From: Engelhardtia mirabilis
Lineage (GTDB): Bacteria > Planctomycetota > UBA1135 > GCA-002686595
Reading direction: 5' to 3'
Length of the DNA stretch: 32,000 bases
Assembly (NCBI RefSeq): GCF_007748095.1
Contig: NZ_CP036287.1
Span: forward strand, 3,619,448 to 3,651,447
In this document: positions 1 through 10,500 of the stretch, piece by piece
Position numbering within the stretch: the stretch's first letter is position 1
Layout of the letters: each line of letters begins with the position of its first letter
The notes under the pieces: model-generated
Told to the model about the DNA's origin: nothing
What the model saw: only the letters and a program-made list of their open reading frames with translations
Database searches by the model: none
Program-made: the position numbers and the translations under genes

Positions 1-240
1 GCTCCGACTTGGGGAACGCCTCCGCGTCCTCGGGAGTGGAGGGTCGGGCGATCGTGCGTTCCGCTGCCAGTTCGGCCATGGGTTCGTGGGGGTGATTCGG
101 GGACCTGGGACCCCGCGAGTCTCGATCGAGGGCCGCGGCCCCGAGCGGACGCGGACCCTCTCAGGTCGCCGCCCGCGCGCGCGACAACGGTACCCGAGCA
201 GGTCGGCGAGTCCTCGCTCCCGGGACTGAATCTCGCGAGA

Positions 241-705
241 TCAGTAGTTGTCGACGTCCTCGCCTAGGAAGTACTCCTCGAGCTCCTCGTCGAGGTCTTC
301 GTCCTCGTCCTCGTCGTCGTCATCGTCATCGTCGTCATCCATGTCCTCGTCGCCCTCCTCCTCGTCATCCGAGGCGGGGACTTCGAGCAGGTCGCGATCG
401 TCATCGCGATCATCGTCGCGATCGCCCTCGTCATCGAGGCCGCTGACCGACCCGTGGGCCCGGGGATCCTCACCGTCGGGATCCTCATCGTCGGAATCAT
501 CGCCGTCGGGGTCGTCGTCAAGCGTGCCGTCGTCGTCGAGCAGGTCGAATTCGGCCTCTCGATCGGTCTGCGCGCTCAGATGGTCGGAAGCGTCCCTCGA
601 CCCGGGCTCGCCGGGCGTCAACGGATCGTCGAGTGTCATGGCTGTCGGGAGGGCAGGACCCGCCGTCGACGGGGCCGCTCCCTCGCGGCCCCCGTCGCCC
701 GGCAT
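241..705 (-). CDS. small, extremely acidic (D/E-rich) hypothetical protein
   Basis: Same frame as ORF 241..1158(-). ATG at 703-705 with GGAG about 12 nt upstream; alternative ATG at 637-639. GAC/GAG-dominated codons with G/C third positions. The Ser-rich ORF 248..829(+) is its antisense shadow. Confidence 0.5.
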   Translation of the reverse strand: MPGDGGREGAAPSTAGPALPTAMTLDDPLTPGEPGSRDASDHLSAQTDREAEFDLLDDDGTLDDDPDGDDSDDEDPDGEDPRAHGSVSGLDDEGDRDDDRDDDRDLLEVPASDDEEEGDEDMDDDDDDDDDEDEDEDLDEELEEYFLGEDVDNY

Positions 706-770
706 CAGCGGACATTTCTCCAGCCGAGCGCGCCCAGAGCCAAGCAAAAAAGTGCGGTCGGTGACCTCAC

Positions 771-1226
771 TCAGAGGTCGACTGCAAGGCTCCCCTCGCG
801 ACCGTCCGGAAGGCGGACCCCCACCGTGACCGGGCCACGCCGGAATTCGGGCAACCAGACCGTGATCAGGCCCCCACTCCGGACCATGACTCCATCCACC
901 TCGACTCCGTCGATGGAGACCCAGGGCCCCCTCGAGGCGCCGTAGAAACCCGAGCCCGTGAGGTCCAGTCGGCGGTCGACCCGCTGGCCGGCGTCCGGCC
1001 CACGCAGCATCTCGAAGGGCTCCACCGCCACCACCTGCGCGCCGGTCAAGGCGAAGGGCTCGCGCCCCAGGTCGACCTCCGCGGGGAGTTGGCTCGCGCC
1101 CGGTCGCGGGTCGGCCACGGTGGGCCGCTCGGGACCACGCATCCCCGCGCGCGCCCACATCACGCCGGCCGTACCGGCGACGGCCAACAGCGCCAGGAGC
1201 GCGACGATCGGGAGGTACTTGCTCAT
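771..1226 (-). CDS. membrane-anchored IPT/TIG-like domain protein
   Basis: Internal ATG (1224-1226) of ORF 771..1604(-). N-terminus MSKYLPIVALLALLAVAG is a signal or TM anchor. The C-terminal beta-rich segment (LTGSGF...VSIDGVEV...VTVGVRLPDG) resembles IPT/TIG domains. The ATGA overlap with the upstream hydrolase stop suggests translational coupling. Confidence 0.65.
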   Translation of the reverse strand: MSKYLPIVALLALLAVAGTAGVMWARAGMRGPERPTVADPRPGASQLPAEVDLGREPFALTGAQVVAVEPFEMLRGPDAGQRVDRRLDLTGSGFYGASRGPWVSIDGVEVDGVMVRSGGLITVWLPEFRRGPVTVGVRLPDGREGSLAVDL

Positions 1227-2842
1227 CGGGTGAACTCCACGCGGTCGAAGGCGACCTCGCCGCTGGCGGTGCGGTCGGCGATCCAGCCCGCGAACTTCAA
1301 ACGGTCGAGGTCCAGCCGTGGATTGGCTTCGACGAAGGCTGCCAGGGGCAGCCGCGTGGTGCGTAGCACGGACTTCTTGGGGAAGGTCTGGAAGAAGCTC
1401 CCCTGGTGGGAAGGCGGGTACGGAATGTCGCCGTAGGCCGACAGGGGCACGGTGGCGAGGTCTCCATCCATGTCGATCAAGCCGATCGAGAGGTCCTGGG
1501 ACAGCCCCACCGGATTGAGGTGGGCGTCGATGCGCTGGGCGAACTGGATCGAGAGGAACTCCCACCGCGTGGCGTCGAAGTCCGGCGGCGTGGCGGCGAA
1601 CCAAGTGCCCTCACGCTGGTTCCAGCCGGCGACCGCGCCCGTGGTGCCGTGGTAATAGGTGTAGGGCACTTGATCGAGCGAGGCCTCGAACAGGAAGGCG
1701 AAGGCGCGGTGCACGGCGCTGGTCCCGCTGCTCGTGCGCCACGGATCGCTGCCCGCCTCGAAGTCGTCCAGTTGGAAGCGGTCGGGATCCCGATACAGCG
1801 GGAGGATCGTCGCCTGACCCGTGACCGGCGCCATCTCCGGTCCGTCCGCGAAGACCGCCGAGGACTCGGGCACCGGCGCCAGCCTGCGCGCCATGAAGCC
1901 GGCCAGGTACCCCATCGCGATCTCGTGGTGCAACTCGCGCGAGATGTCCGCTTGGTTCTCGCAGCTGCACGTGATCGACTCGGTGAACCAGAAGTGGTTC
2001 GCACCGTGGATGTACTCGAAGCTGCGGTCCTGCGAGAGGGCGCGGTCGTGCAGGTAGATCGGCCAGCCGTTGTCGACGTCGCCGTCCTTGGAGCCATAGA
2101 GCCCCATGAAGGGCAGGTCCGGGGGCAGTTGGAGCTGCTCGAAGTCCGTGGGGGCGATGGTGCCGACGGCGAGGATCGGCAGACCGTCCAGGCCGTGCAG
2201 GGCTTCGATGGCTGCCGCCACGGCGCCCTCGCCCCCGCGCGAGTGCCCCATGAAGCCCAGGCGCGTGGGGTCGATCGCCCCGGCCAGCCCGGCGGGGGCG
2301 GTCCCTGGCTGGTTGGCCAGGTCCAAGGTCCGCACCAGGGTCTCGAGCATGATCTGGCCGCGCTGCTCGATCCCCGACTGGTAGGAACCGATCACGCCGA
2401 GGTTGACCGAGGTCGCGACGATCCCGTGGGACGCCAGCCGGTCCATCAGGTAGCCCGCCTGGAGGTGGTTGGTCTGCCACACCCCGTCCAGGAAGTAGCG
2501 TCCGTGCCCGAACACGACCAGGGGGAAGCCGCCCGCCGCGGAGGTCGACGCGGCGGGGGGCAGGAGTCCGCCGGAGCCGTCCGAGGGATAGCTGATGCGC
2601 CCGTAGTGGGTCACGTCCACCGGCGCTCCTCTGAACGGGTCGGTCACCTGCACGGTGCCGAAGTGCCAGTCGTAGTGGCCGGGTACGAATGGCCCCGGCT
2701 GGAGCTGGGGCAGCGTGTCCGCGGACTGCCTGCCCCCAGACGGAGCGCTCCCGGACAGAGCGCTCGCGGGCAGTGCCTGGGCACTTCCAGCGCAGAGCAC
2801 GGCCACCAGAGGGACCACGGCGATCCGCAAGAACGAGAGCAT
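1223..2842 (-). CDS. secreted alpha/beta-fold serine hydrolase (lipase/esterase-like)
   Basis: 539-aa ORF with ATG at 2840-2842. Signal peptide MLSFLRIAVVPLVAVLCAGSAQA. Nucleophile elbow GHSRGG (G-x-S-x-G) preceded by FPLVVFGHG. High GC3 codon usage. Confidence 0.85.
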   Translation of the reverse strand: MLSFLRIAVVPLVAVLCAGSAQALPASALSGSAPSGGRQSADTLPQLQPGPFVPGHYDWHFGTVQVTDPFRGAPVDVTHYGRISYPSDGSGGLLPPAASTSAAGGFPLVVFGHGRYFLDGVWQTNHLQAGYLMDRLASHGIVATSVNLGVIGSYQSGIEQRGQIMLETLVRTLDLANQPGTAPAGLAGAIDPTRLGFMGHSRGGEGAVAAAIEALHGLDGLPILAVGTIAPTDFEQLQLPPDLPFMGLYGSKDGDVDNGWPIYLHDRALSQDRSFEYIHGANHFWFTESITCSCENQADISRELHHEIAMGYLAGFMARRLAPVPESSAVFADGPEMAPVTGQATILPLYRDPDRFQLDDFEAGSDPWRTSSGTSAVHRAFAFLFEASLDQVPYTYYHGTTGAVAGWNQREGTWFAATPPDFDATRWEFLSIQFAQRIDAHLNPVGLSQDLSIGLIDMDGDLATVPLSAYGDIPYPPSHQGSFFQTFPKKSVLRTTRLPLAAFVEANPRLDLDRLKFAGWIADRTASGEVAFDRVEFTR

Positions 2843-3178
2843 GGCGAGTGGGAGCTGGTGATGCGGAGGACGAATGTCTGCCGCGGCGATCGGGCGATTC
2901 TAGCAGCCCGAGAATTCTGCTCGCGGGTGGCGTCCGCCCGTGCCGCCCGCCCCTCAGAGACCCGACCGCCGGCGAACCGGACGAGATCCCGCTGGCTTCG
3001 CGCCGAGCCGGGCTTGGACTCCCAAGAAGCGGCCGCCGGAGGCGATTGACCCTGCTGACAGCTTGCCAACGCCTTCGCAATCTCTAGCCTCGGGGGCACT
3101 GACCTAGGGCTCCCCGGGAGGGACGGTCCAACGCGGCCCCCTCTAGGGCCTCCGTCCCGACCGCCAACCCCTCCACCG

Positions 3179-5371
3179 ATGCCCCTCACGCCCCGTCACG
3201 CTGCGCTTCAGTCGATCGCAGAGGGCCACCCCGCGCCCTCTGCGCCGGCCGCGATCTCCTCCGGACTTCCGGAGTACTTCGGCTCCAAGGTCTTCAACGA
3301 CGCGGTCCAACGCCGCCGCCTGCCCAAGGCCGTCTACAAGGCCCTGCGGCGCACGCTGGAGATCGGCGCGCCCCTCGACGTCGAGCTGGCGGACTCCATC
3401 GCCAGCGCCATGAAGGACTGGGCCCTCGAGCACGGGGCGACGCACTACACCCACTGGTTCCAGCCCATGCACGGGCTGACGGCCGAGAAGCACGACGCCT
3501 TCCTGAGCCCGACGCTCGAGGGCGGCGCACTGCAGGAGTTCTCGGGCAAGGAGCTGATCCTCGGCGAGCCGGACGCGTCGTCCTTCCCCTCCGGCGGCGT
3601 CCGCAACACTTTCGAGGCGCGGGGCTACACCGGCTGGGACCCGGGTTCGCCGGCCTTCCTGCGTGAGACCGAGTTCGGCTCGACGCTGACCATCCCCACC
3701 GTCTTCGCGTCGTGGACCGGCGAGGCCCTCGACACCAAGACGCCGCTCTTGCGCTCCTGCGAGGCGCTCGATCGCCAGGCGCGGCGTCTGTTGACGCACC
3801 TGGGCGGCGAGCCCGTCGCCAAGGTCAGCGCCACCGTCGGTCCCGAGCAGGAGTACTTCCTGGTCGATCGACGCCTGCACCGCCTGCGCCCGGACCTGCA
3901 CAGCTGCGGCCGCACGGTGCTCGGCGCGCGCCCGCCCAAGGGCCAGGAGCTGGAGGACCACTACTTCAGCCTGACGCCGCGGCGCATCCTGAACTTCATG
4001 ATGGACCTGGAGTTCACCCTCTGGGAGCTCGGCGTGCCGGTCAAGACGCGCCACACGGAGGTCGCGCCGCACCAGTTCGAGCTGGCGCCCTTCTACGAGG
4101 CCGCGGCCCTGGCGACCGACCACAACATGCTGACGATGGAGGTCCTGCCGGACGTGGCCGCGCGCCACGGCCTCAAGACCCTGCTCCATGAGAAGCCCTT
4201 CGTGGGCGTCAACGGCAGCGGCAAGCACGTCAACTGGGCCATGGCGACCGACAGCGGCGACAACCTGTTGAAGCCCGGCAAGACGCCCCACGAGAACCTG
4301 CGCTTCATGACCGTCCTGGCGGCGGTCGTGCGCGGCGTCGACACCCAGCAGGAGCTGTTGCGGGCCACGATCGCCTCCGCCGGCAACGACCACCGCCTGG
4401 GCGCGAACGAGGCCCCGCCGGCGATCATCTCGGTCTTCCTCGGCGAGGAGCTGCAAGAGGTCGTCGACGCCCTGATCGAGGGTCGCGCGCCGAAGATCGG
4501 CGAGGGCCGCGGAAGCGAGCCCCTGAACCTCGGCGTCACCAGCCTGCCGCCCCTGCCGATCGACACCAGCGACCGCAACCGCACCTCGCCCTTCGCCTTC
4601 ACCGGCTTCAAGTTCGAGTTCCGCGCCGCGGGTTCGGGCCAGTCGATCGCCTTCCCGGTGACGGTGATCAACACCATGGTCGCCGACTCGATGGACTACC
4701 TCTCGGGCCTGATCGAGAGCCGCGGCGGCGACCCGGAGACCATCGCCAAGATCGTGCGCGAGACCCTCGCCGCCCACCAGCGCATCCTCTTCAGCGGTGA
4801 CAACTACTCCGAGGAGTGGCGTCAGGAGGCGGCGAAGCGCGGTCTCGCGAACCACGACAACACCCCCGCCGCCCTGGCGATCCTGCAGAAGGACGAGACC
4901 CTCGACCTGTTCGACCGCCACAACGTGATGACGCGGCGTGAGACCGCGTCGCGCGCGACGGTGCTCTACCAGGCCTACGCCGAGGGCGTCGTGGTCGAGG
5001 CCCTGACCCTGAACGAGCTGGCACGCACGTCGGTGCTGCCGGTGGCCCTGCGCTACCAGCGCGTCATCGCCGACGCCATCAAGTCCACCGCGGAGGCCGG
5101 TCACGGCATCCCGCTGGACGGCGAGCGCGCCCTCCTGGCCGAGGTCTCGAGCGAGATCCAGGGTCTGATGAAGACCACGGACGAGCTCGCTCGCGTGCAC
5201 CACACGATCGAGTCCGGCAGCCACGAAGCCCCCGCCCTGGCTTCGGCCGTGCGCGGCAATCTGGTCCCCGCCATGGCCGCCGTGCGCGCCCACTGCGACA
5301 AGCTCGAGTCCCTGGTCGACGACGAGCTGTGGCCCCTGCCGAAGTACCGCGAGCTGCTGTTCGCGCACTGA
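3179..5371 (+). CDS. glnN: glutamine synthetase type III
   Basis: 730 aa, the typical GSIII length. The N-terminal region (YFGSKVFND...HYTHWFQPMHGLTAEKHDAFL) and central GS catalytic-domain motifs match the GSIII family as I recall it. Confidence 0.93.
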   Translation: MPLTPRHAALQSIAEGHPAPSAPAAISSGLPEYFGSKVFNDAVQRRRLPKAVYKALRRTLEIGAPLDVELADSIASAMKDWALEHGATHYTHWFQPMHGLTAEKHDAFLSPTLEGGALQEFSGKELILGEPDASSFPSGGVRNTFEARGYTGWDPGSPAFLRETEFGSTLTIPTVFASWTGEALDTKTPLLRSCEALDRQARRLLTHLGGEPVAKVSATVGPEQEYFLVDRRLHRLRPDLHSCGRTVLGARPPKGQELEDHYFSLTPRRILNFMMDLEFTLWELGVPVKTRHTEVAPHQFELAPFYEAAALATDHNMLTMEVLPDVAARHGLKTLLHEKPFVGVNGSGKHVNWAMATDSGDNLLKPGKTPHENLRFMTVLAAVVRGVDTQQELLRATIASAGNDHRLGANEAPPAIISVFLGEELQEVVDALIEGRAPKIGEGRGSEPLNLGVTSLPPLPIDTSDRNRTSPFAFTGFKFEFRAAGSGQSIAFPVTVINTMVADSMDYLSGLIESRGGDPETIAKIVRETLAAHQRILFSGDNYSEEWRQEAAKRGLANHDNTPAALAILQKDETLDLFDRHNVMTRRETASRATVLYQAYAEGVVVEALTLNELARTSVLPVALRYQRVIADAIKSTAEAGHGIPLDGERALLAEVSSEIQGLMKTTDELARVHHTIESGSHEAPALASAVRGNLVPAMAAVRAHCDKLESLVDDELWPLPKYRELLFAH

Positions 5372-5439
5372 TCGACACCGACTGGCCGCCGGTGCCTGCA
5401 ATGGCAGTTCCGCCGGCGGCTCCAGCGGTGGCTCTCACG

Positions 5440-5467
5440 GCCGGCGAATCCGACGGGATTCGCCGGC
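5440..5467 (+). terminator. perfect 12-bp stem / GACG-loop hairpin downstream of glnN
   Basis: GCCGGCGAATCC-GACG-GGATTCGCCGGC, 70 nt after the glnN stop. Only a weak T-run follows (tgtgtccgtt). Confidence 0.4.
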
Positions 5468-5478
5468 TGTGTCCGTTC

Positions 5479-5516
5479 GGGCCGGATGTGCCCCTTTGGG
5501 CCGGCTGTGCCCCTTT
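5479..5516. repeat. 2 x 19-nt tandem direct repeat
   Basis: gggccggatgtgccccttt / gggccggctgtgccccttt, adjacent copies with 1 mismatch. Confidence 0.6.
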
Positions 5517-5693
5517 GGGAGAGCAAACCGTTCGAGGGCATGGACCGTTAGGAGCGCCGGATCCACTCGGAGCGACGGTCACTGACGGGCCGCCCTGGCC
5601 TCGATCCCTCCCCAGCTCGAACTCCAGTTCCGAGTCGGACACTCCGACATCGAGCTGAACCAACTCCGCGCCGACGTGTGTGGCTCGAGGGAC

Positions 5694-5752
5694 GCCGGAG
5701 GGTGGTAGCGGTGGACGGACTTGAACCGCCGACCCGCGAATCGTGATTCCGC
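5694..5752 (-). repeat. tRNA 3'-half remnant, att-like direct repeat copy A
   Basis: The minus strand reads GCGGA-ATCACGA-TTCGC-GGGTC-GGCGG-TTCAAGT-CCGTC-CACCGCT-A-CCA, i.e. anticodon arm, variable loop, T arm, acceptor 3' strand and CCA. No matching 5' acceptor strand (AGCGGTG) or D arm lies upstream. 5694-5738 is identical to 24215-24259. Confidence 0.7.
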
Positions 5753-6338
5753 GGACCGACTGGCCTGAGCGCGCTACGGCACAAACGGTTGGGTCGATCG
5801 CCGAGACGGACCTACCGCGCAGCTTGCCCGGGTAAGCGGGGCTCGAGGAGATCGTCGTGGCCTGGTCCGCCCTACCGGACGCGGTGCGTTCGGCGGTTCT
5901 GACGCTCATTCGGGCCGGGCGAGGGGCCCACGAGCGGCCCTCGCAGCCCGGGTCCTAACCGCGGAGCGACGGGGAGAGGCGCCCCCGCTGCTCGGCGGCG
6001 ACTCTCGCGAGGCAGCGCGCACTGGGCCGAGCGAGGGGCCGGACGGGAAGGCCGTGCGACCGGATCTCCCGCGCCAGTACCTGCCCGCCCCGTCGCCCGC
6101 CGATCGATCGAGGCGCGCCCGGCTGGCGGATCCACGTCCGCCAGAGCTGGGACCCGAGGAGGACGATTCGGGGCTCGACACGGCCCCGCGATCCGAGCCC
6201 AGTCGGGCCTGGCTGCGAGGTCGGGGGAGACGGGTGCCGCCATCGGATTCGGCAGAGGGGGGACGGCAGCAGGGGAGGTTCGCCACGTCGTCGAGCCCCG
6301 CGCGAGGCGGTTCCTCGCGGCCTCTGCCCCGATCCCCG

Positions 6339-7490
6339 ATGCAATCGAATCGTCAGATGCAGGCCACGCGGGACGCGCTCCCCGGTGGCCGCCCCGTACA
6401 GATCTTCTGGACTTGGCTCACCGGCCTCCCGGCCACGGGCGAGCTCCCCGCCATCCGCTGGACGCCCTGGACCCGCCTCGCGGTGTCCTTGCTCGTGCTC
6501 GGCAGCGGCGTGGCCGCCGCCACGTGGGCGACGTCCGGCCCCGCCGTCCAGTGGCTCGCCCTGGTTCCGGCCTGGCTCCTCACCACGGGTGCTCTGCGCC
6601 ACCTCTACATCGTCACCGGCCACTACGCGGCCCACAGCGACTTCTCCGGCTCGAAGCGGGTCGACCGCGCCCTGGCCGAGCTCTTCTCGACCCTGTCCTT
6701 CACCATCCCCTTCGACCTCTACCGCCGCGACCACGCCCGATTCCACCACTCGAGCCGGCTGGGGACGCCCCTGGACCCCGACGTCCGCTTCCTGTGGCGA
6801 TCGGGTTTCGGGCCCGGCCGGTCGATGGCCCAGCTCTGGCTGCGCCTCGCGACCAGCCTGATCTCGCCCGTCTACCACGGCCGCTACCTCTGGGGCCGGA
6901 TCCGCTCGAACCTCTGGGACGCGCCGCGATACCGCGTGGTGCTCGGCTGGGCCTACGTCGTGTCGACCGCTCTGGTCCTCGCTGCGACCGGCAGTGCGGC
7001 GACCTGGGCCCTGGTCTGGCTGGTGCCCGCCGTGCTCGGGTTCCAGGCCTCGGCCCTGCTCCAGTTCCTCTCCGAGCACCGTTGGTGGCTCGATCTCCCC
7101 GCGGGCAAGCTCCGGCTGGCGCGCCTGACCTTCGGACGCTTCCTGCTGCTCCCCTTCCCGGATCGCAACCTGACCGGACCCGCTCGACACACCGGCGCAC
7201 TCGCGTCGTTCTGGGCGAAGGTCCTCCTCCTCCAGCTGCCGGCTCGGATCGCGGTGCTCGTCGGGGACCTGCCCCAGCACGACCTGCACCACCGCCGCTC
7301 GGTCTACGACTGGGCCAACGCCGTGTTCGTGCGGCAGCGTGATGTCGAGGCCGGCAGCCCCGGCTTCCCCGAGCCCTACGGTGGGGTCGCCGGCACTCTC
7401 GCCGACCACGTGGGCGAGGTCTTCCGGAGCTGGGCCGAGCGAGGGCGTCCGACCGCGGAGGAACTGGCGGCTCTCGAGAGTGCCCAGTAG
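6339..7490 (+). CDS. membrane fatty-acid desaturase family protein
   Basis: Internal ATG of ORF 6054..7490 (alternative ATG at 6357). Several hydrophobic segments. Three His boxes: HYAAH, HARFHH and HDLHH. Confidence 0.8.
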   Translation: MQSNRQMQATRDALPGGRPVQIFWTWLTGLPATGELPAIRWTPWTRLAVSLLVLGSGVAAATWATSGPAVQWLALVPAWLLTTGALRHLYIVTGHYAAHSDFSGSKRVDRALAELFSTLSFTIPFDLYRRDHARFHHSSRLGTPLDPDVRFLWRSGFGPGRSMAQLWLRLATSLISPVYHGRYLWGRIRSNLWDAPRYRVVLGWAYVVSTALVLAATGSAATWALVWLVPAVLGFQASALLQFLSEHRWWLDLPAGKLRLARLTFGRFLLLPFPDRNLTGPARHTGALASFWAKVLLLQLPARIAVLVGDLPQHDLHHRRSVYDWANAVFVRQRDVEAGSPGFPEPYGGVAGTLADHVGEVFRSWAERGRPTAEELAALESAQ

Positions 7491-7510
7491 GCCCATGGGC
7501 CCAGCGGGCC

Positions 7511-7535
7511 GCCCGGGGCGAGTGAAGCCCCGGGC
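7511..7535 (+). terminator. 9-bp GC hairpin after the desaturase gene (no T tract)
   Basis: GCCCGGGGC-gagtgaa-GCCCCGGGC, 21 nt after the stop. Confidence 0.3.
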
Positions 7536-7586
7536 CGGCCCGGCCAACTCGCCGCACGATCCCGACTCCCGCTACCTTGAGCGGCG

Positions 7587-10500
7587 ATGAAGGACCCGGA
7601 GATCTGGCCTCCCTGGCTCGTCCGTATTCGCGCTCAGCAGGGAAACGAGGAGGGAGTCGGCGCTGGTCTGCTGATCGCCCCCGACCTCGTCCTCACCGCG
7701 TGGCACGTGGTGAACGTCGACGGCAAGTACCGTGGCACGGCGACGTCGGGCGGGACCCCGATGGCCGCGGCCAGGATCGACCTGGAGATCGGAGGCAAGC
7801 ACCGCCGGTCCATCCCGACCCCCCACCAGCGGCATGTGTCCTTCGCCGACAAGCCCGTCGACGACGAAGGCCAAGGCCGCGACTACGACCTCGCGCTGGT
7901 CCGGCTCGAAGAGGACCCGGTCCCGATCGATTCGGGCGACCTCCTTCCGATCGCCCGCGGTGTGCGACGACTCGAGTACCTGGCCCTCGGTGACCTCGGT
8001 CCGGACGAGCCCTTCCAGGTCGTAGGGTTTCCGGGTGGGAGCCTGCGCACGAAGCGTTTCGACGACGGTGCCCCCGACCCGGAGCGTGCCGGCGACGAGT
8101 TCTACGAGGTCCACCTGGGCCACCGAGTTCCCGAGGGCTACAGCGGCGGACCCATTCTGGCCGAGGTCGACGGCCAAGCTCTGTGCCTGGGGCTCGCGAG
8201 CCTCGGTGGAGCCACGGTCGGCTCTTCGGTCCAGACCTTCTCGGGAGCGATCATCGAGTTCCTCGATCAACAGAAGGTCCTTCGACGCGAAGGCGATCGG
8301 CTTCAGGTACCGACCGAGGACCTCGGCCGATTGCTCCTGCGCAGGCCACTCGAGTGCATCGCGGAACGCAACGACCGGCTTCCGCCGATCTTGTCCCGGT
8401 CCGCCCGCAAGGAGTGGAAGCTGCACGACCTGTTCCAGGAGCGGATCGTCGTGGACCGGGCAGCGACGGGCGGTGGCGACAGTGACGGTAACGCGAAGGC
8501 CGGTGGCCTGAGGGAGTTGGTGGATTGGACGCCCACCGTCGACTCGCCCCCGCGATGGGTCCTGCGAGGCGCGGGGGGAACCGGCAAGACGACTCTCCTG
8601 CGCCACCTCGCCTTCGAGCTGGCCCGCGAGGCGAATCAGGCCGGGGATGGCGCAGCGCTGCCACCGGTGGCCATCTTCCTGCGCCTGCCCCTCATCGTCC
8701 GTCGAGGGCCCGACTGGAGAGCGGCGCTGTTCGACGAGCTGAGAGATCGCGTGGATCGTGCTGCGATCCTCACGAGGGCGCTCAGCTCGCGCGTTTCCGA
8801 ACCCCGGATCCTGCTGCTGCTCGACGGGCTCGACGAGGTCGACGCCGGAGAAGTGACCGAGAACACCATCTCGCTCCTGCTTCAGGGCCTGCCCGATCAC
8901 CTCCCCGGAGTCGGCCTGGTCGTGGGCACTCGCCCGACGGGCTTCGACGACCGAGAGCCGGCGCTCACGCGACACTGGAACACCGCTTCGGTCGAGCCCC
9001 TGGATCGAGATCACCAGATCCGACTGGTCACCGAGGTGTCGAAGGCGATCGGCCGGCCTTGCTCAGAGAAGGCGACCGCCGCATGGGTCCATCAGATCAG
9101 TCGGGACGAGCGATTCGCCGACATCCGCGGCAACCCACTCTGGTTGACGCTGGCCGCCCTCGCCGTGGACCCGGAGACGGGGGCTCCACCGCCGTCCATG
9201 TCGGGCCTGCTCGCCAAGGCAGTCGACCACCTTGTAATGGGCATGCACCGCGGCGACCTCGAGCCCAGAGCTCGCCGCAGACGTACTCCCGTGGCAGGTC
9301 CGATCCCCAGCGCGGCCCGTCCGGTCTTGGGAACGATCGCACTCGCCATGACCCTCCAGCGTCAGGACGAACTCCGCTTCGACGACCTGGTCGAGGTCTG
9401 CAAGAACCTCCGCAAGAGAGCGGACCACGACGTCCGAGGCAGCGATGAACTCTGGGCTCGGTTGACGGAAGCCTGGGAATTGCTCGAGGACGATTCGGAG
9501 GAGAGCATCCTCGATCAGCTTTCGCTCGGCACCGATATCCTGAGCCCGCTCGAGGAGGACGGCGAACAAGTGGAAGACGGGGGATCCGACGCCGACGAGC
9601 TCTGGTCCTTCAGACATCGGACCGTGAAGGAGTTCCTCTCTGCCGATCAGCTCCGCCGCATGCTCGAAGGCGACGACGCTCCTCACGCCCAACAGCTGAT
9701 CGAGGCAGGCCTCGACGCCGACCTCGAGGGCTCGGTCCGGCACTGGGCCGGACCTGCGGCCCTTCTCGTCGAGATGCTCGACGACGCGACCGGGGCGGAA
9801 CGCGTGCTCCGGTGCCTCGCACCGAGGGATCCCGAGGCCGCTCGCCGCGCCCTGCTAGGAAGACCGAACGCCACGGTGGGCTCGATCCACATCGTCTTGG
9901 CGTCGCTCGAAAAGGAAGGGGACCGCGCGGCGGTGATCGAGCAGATCGATCGGCTGATCGAGGATCGTCAGGAGGCCTTCGATCTCCTGCGAAGCCTCGG
10001 CCTCGATCCCCGGATCCGAGCGGACCTGTACTTCGTCGACGAAGCACTGCTGGCCTTCGGAGTGCGGCACGAGGATCTCGCGGACGAGGCCGATGCCGCG
10101 AGACTGCGGATCTACGAGGAGCTGCCGGTCGAGCCGACGTGGCGTGCACCGTTCGAGCGGACGTTCGGGGATCCGGGGGTGCCCCTGTGGCGACCGGTAA
10201 CGCGGCACCTGACGTTCGGTTACGGCGATCGCGAGCTGGAGCAGGTGACGGAGCAGCCGTTCCAGATCTCGGCGGTTCCGGTGACGGAGGAGATGTACCG
10301 GATATTCGACCCGCACGATGATCAGCGGAAGTCGGAGCCAGGTCTCCTTCCGGCGCGCTCGGTCAGTTGGTGGGGTGCGATGGCCTTCTGTCGCTGGGCC
10401 GGAGCGAAGCTCGGTTTCGGTCTCGCCGGGAGCCTGCCGACAGAGCGTCAGTGGGAGTGTGCCGCGCGGGCCGGGACCGAGAGCGACTACTGGTTCGGCC

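Noticed and set aside
1-79. Possible 5' end of a minus-strand gene (MAELAAERTIARPSTPEDAEAFPKSE...) running off the left edge.
   Set aside because: Only 26 codons are visible, with no clear ribosome-binding site and no motif. I cannot support it as a feature.
2843-3178. Candidate promoters in the hydrolase/glnN divergent region: TTGCCA-N16-TAGCCT, and a GGCAC sigma-54-like half site.
   Set aside because: The matches to consensus are weak. The sigma-54 -12 TTGC element is not at the right spacing.
3143-5401. Very long ORFs antisense to or overlapping confident genes: 3143..5401(-), 1406..3049(+), 1611..3080(-), 5955..7547(-), 7572..9014(-), 9855..11012(-), 13267..14661(+), 21295..22119(-), 23200..24066(-), 26544..27560(-), 27951..29927(-).
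   Set aside because: These are typical GC-rich shadow ORFs. Their translations are Arg/Gly/Pro/Ala-rich with no motifs, while the opposite or other frame carries clear family signatures and better third-position G/C bias.
5703-5790. Possible complete tRNA genes: tRNA-Val(CAC)-like at about 5703-5790(-) and tRNA-Met/Ile(CAT)-like at about 24224-24305(-).
   Set aside because: Only the anticodon arm, T arm, acceptor 3' strand and CCA fold. No AGCGGTG 5' acceptor strand and no credible D arm lies upstream in either copy. I treat them as 3'-half remnants; tRNAscan-SE should confirm this.
5849-5957. Short ORF fragment ...EEIVVAWSALPDAVRSAVLTLIRAGRG... next to tRNA remnant A, possibly the tail of a decayed integrase or regulator.
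   Set aside because: It is only about 35 codons after an in-frame TAA. I cannot assign a family from memory with any confidence, so it needs a BLASTX check.
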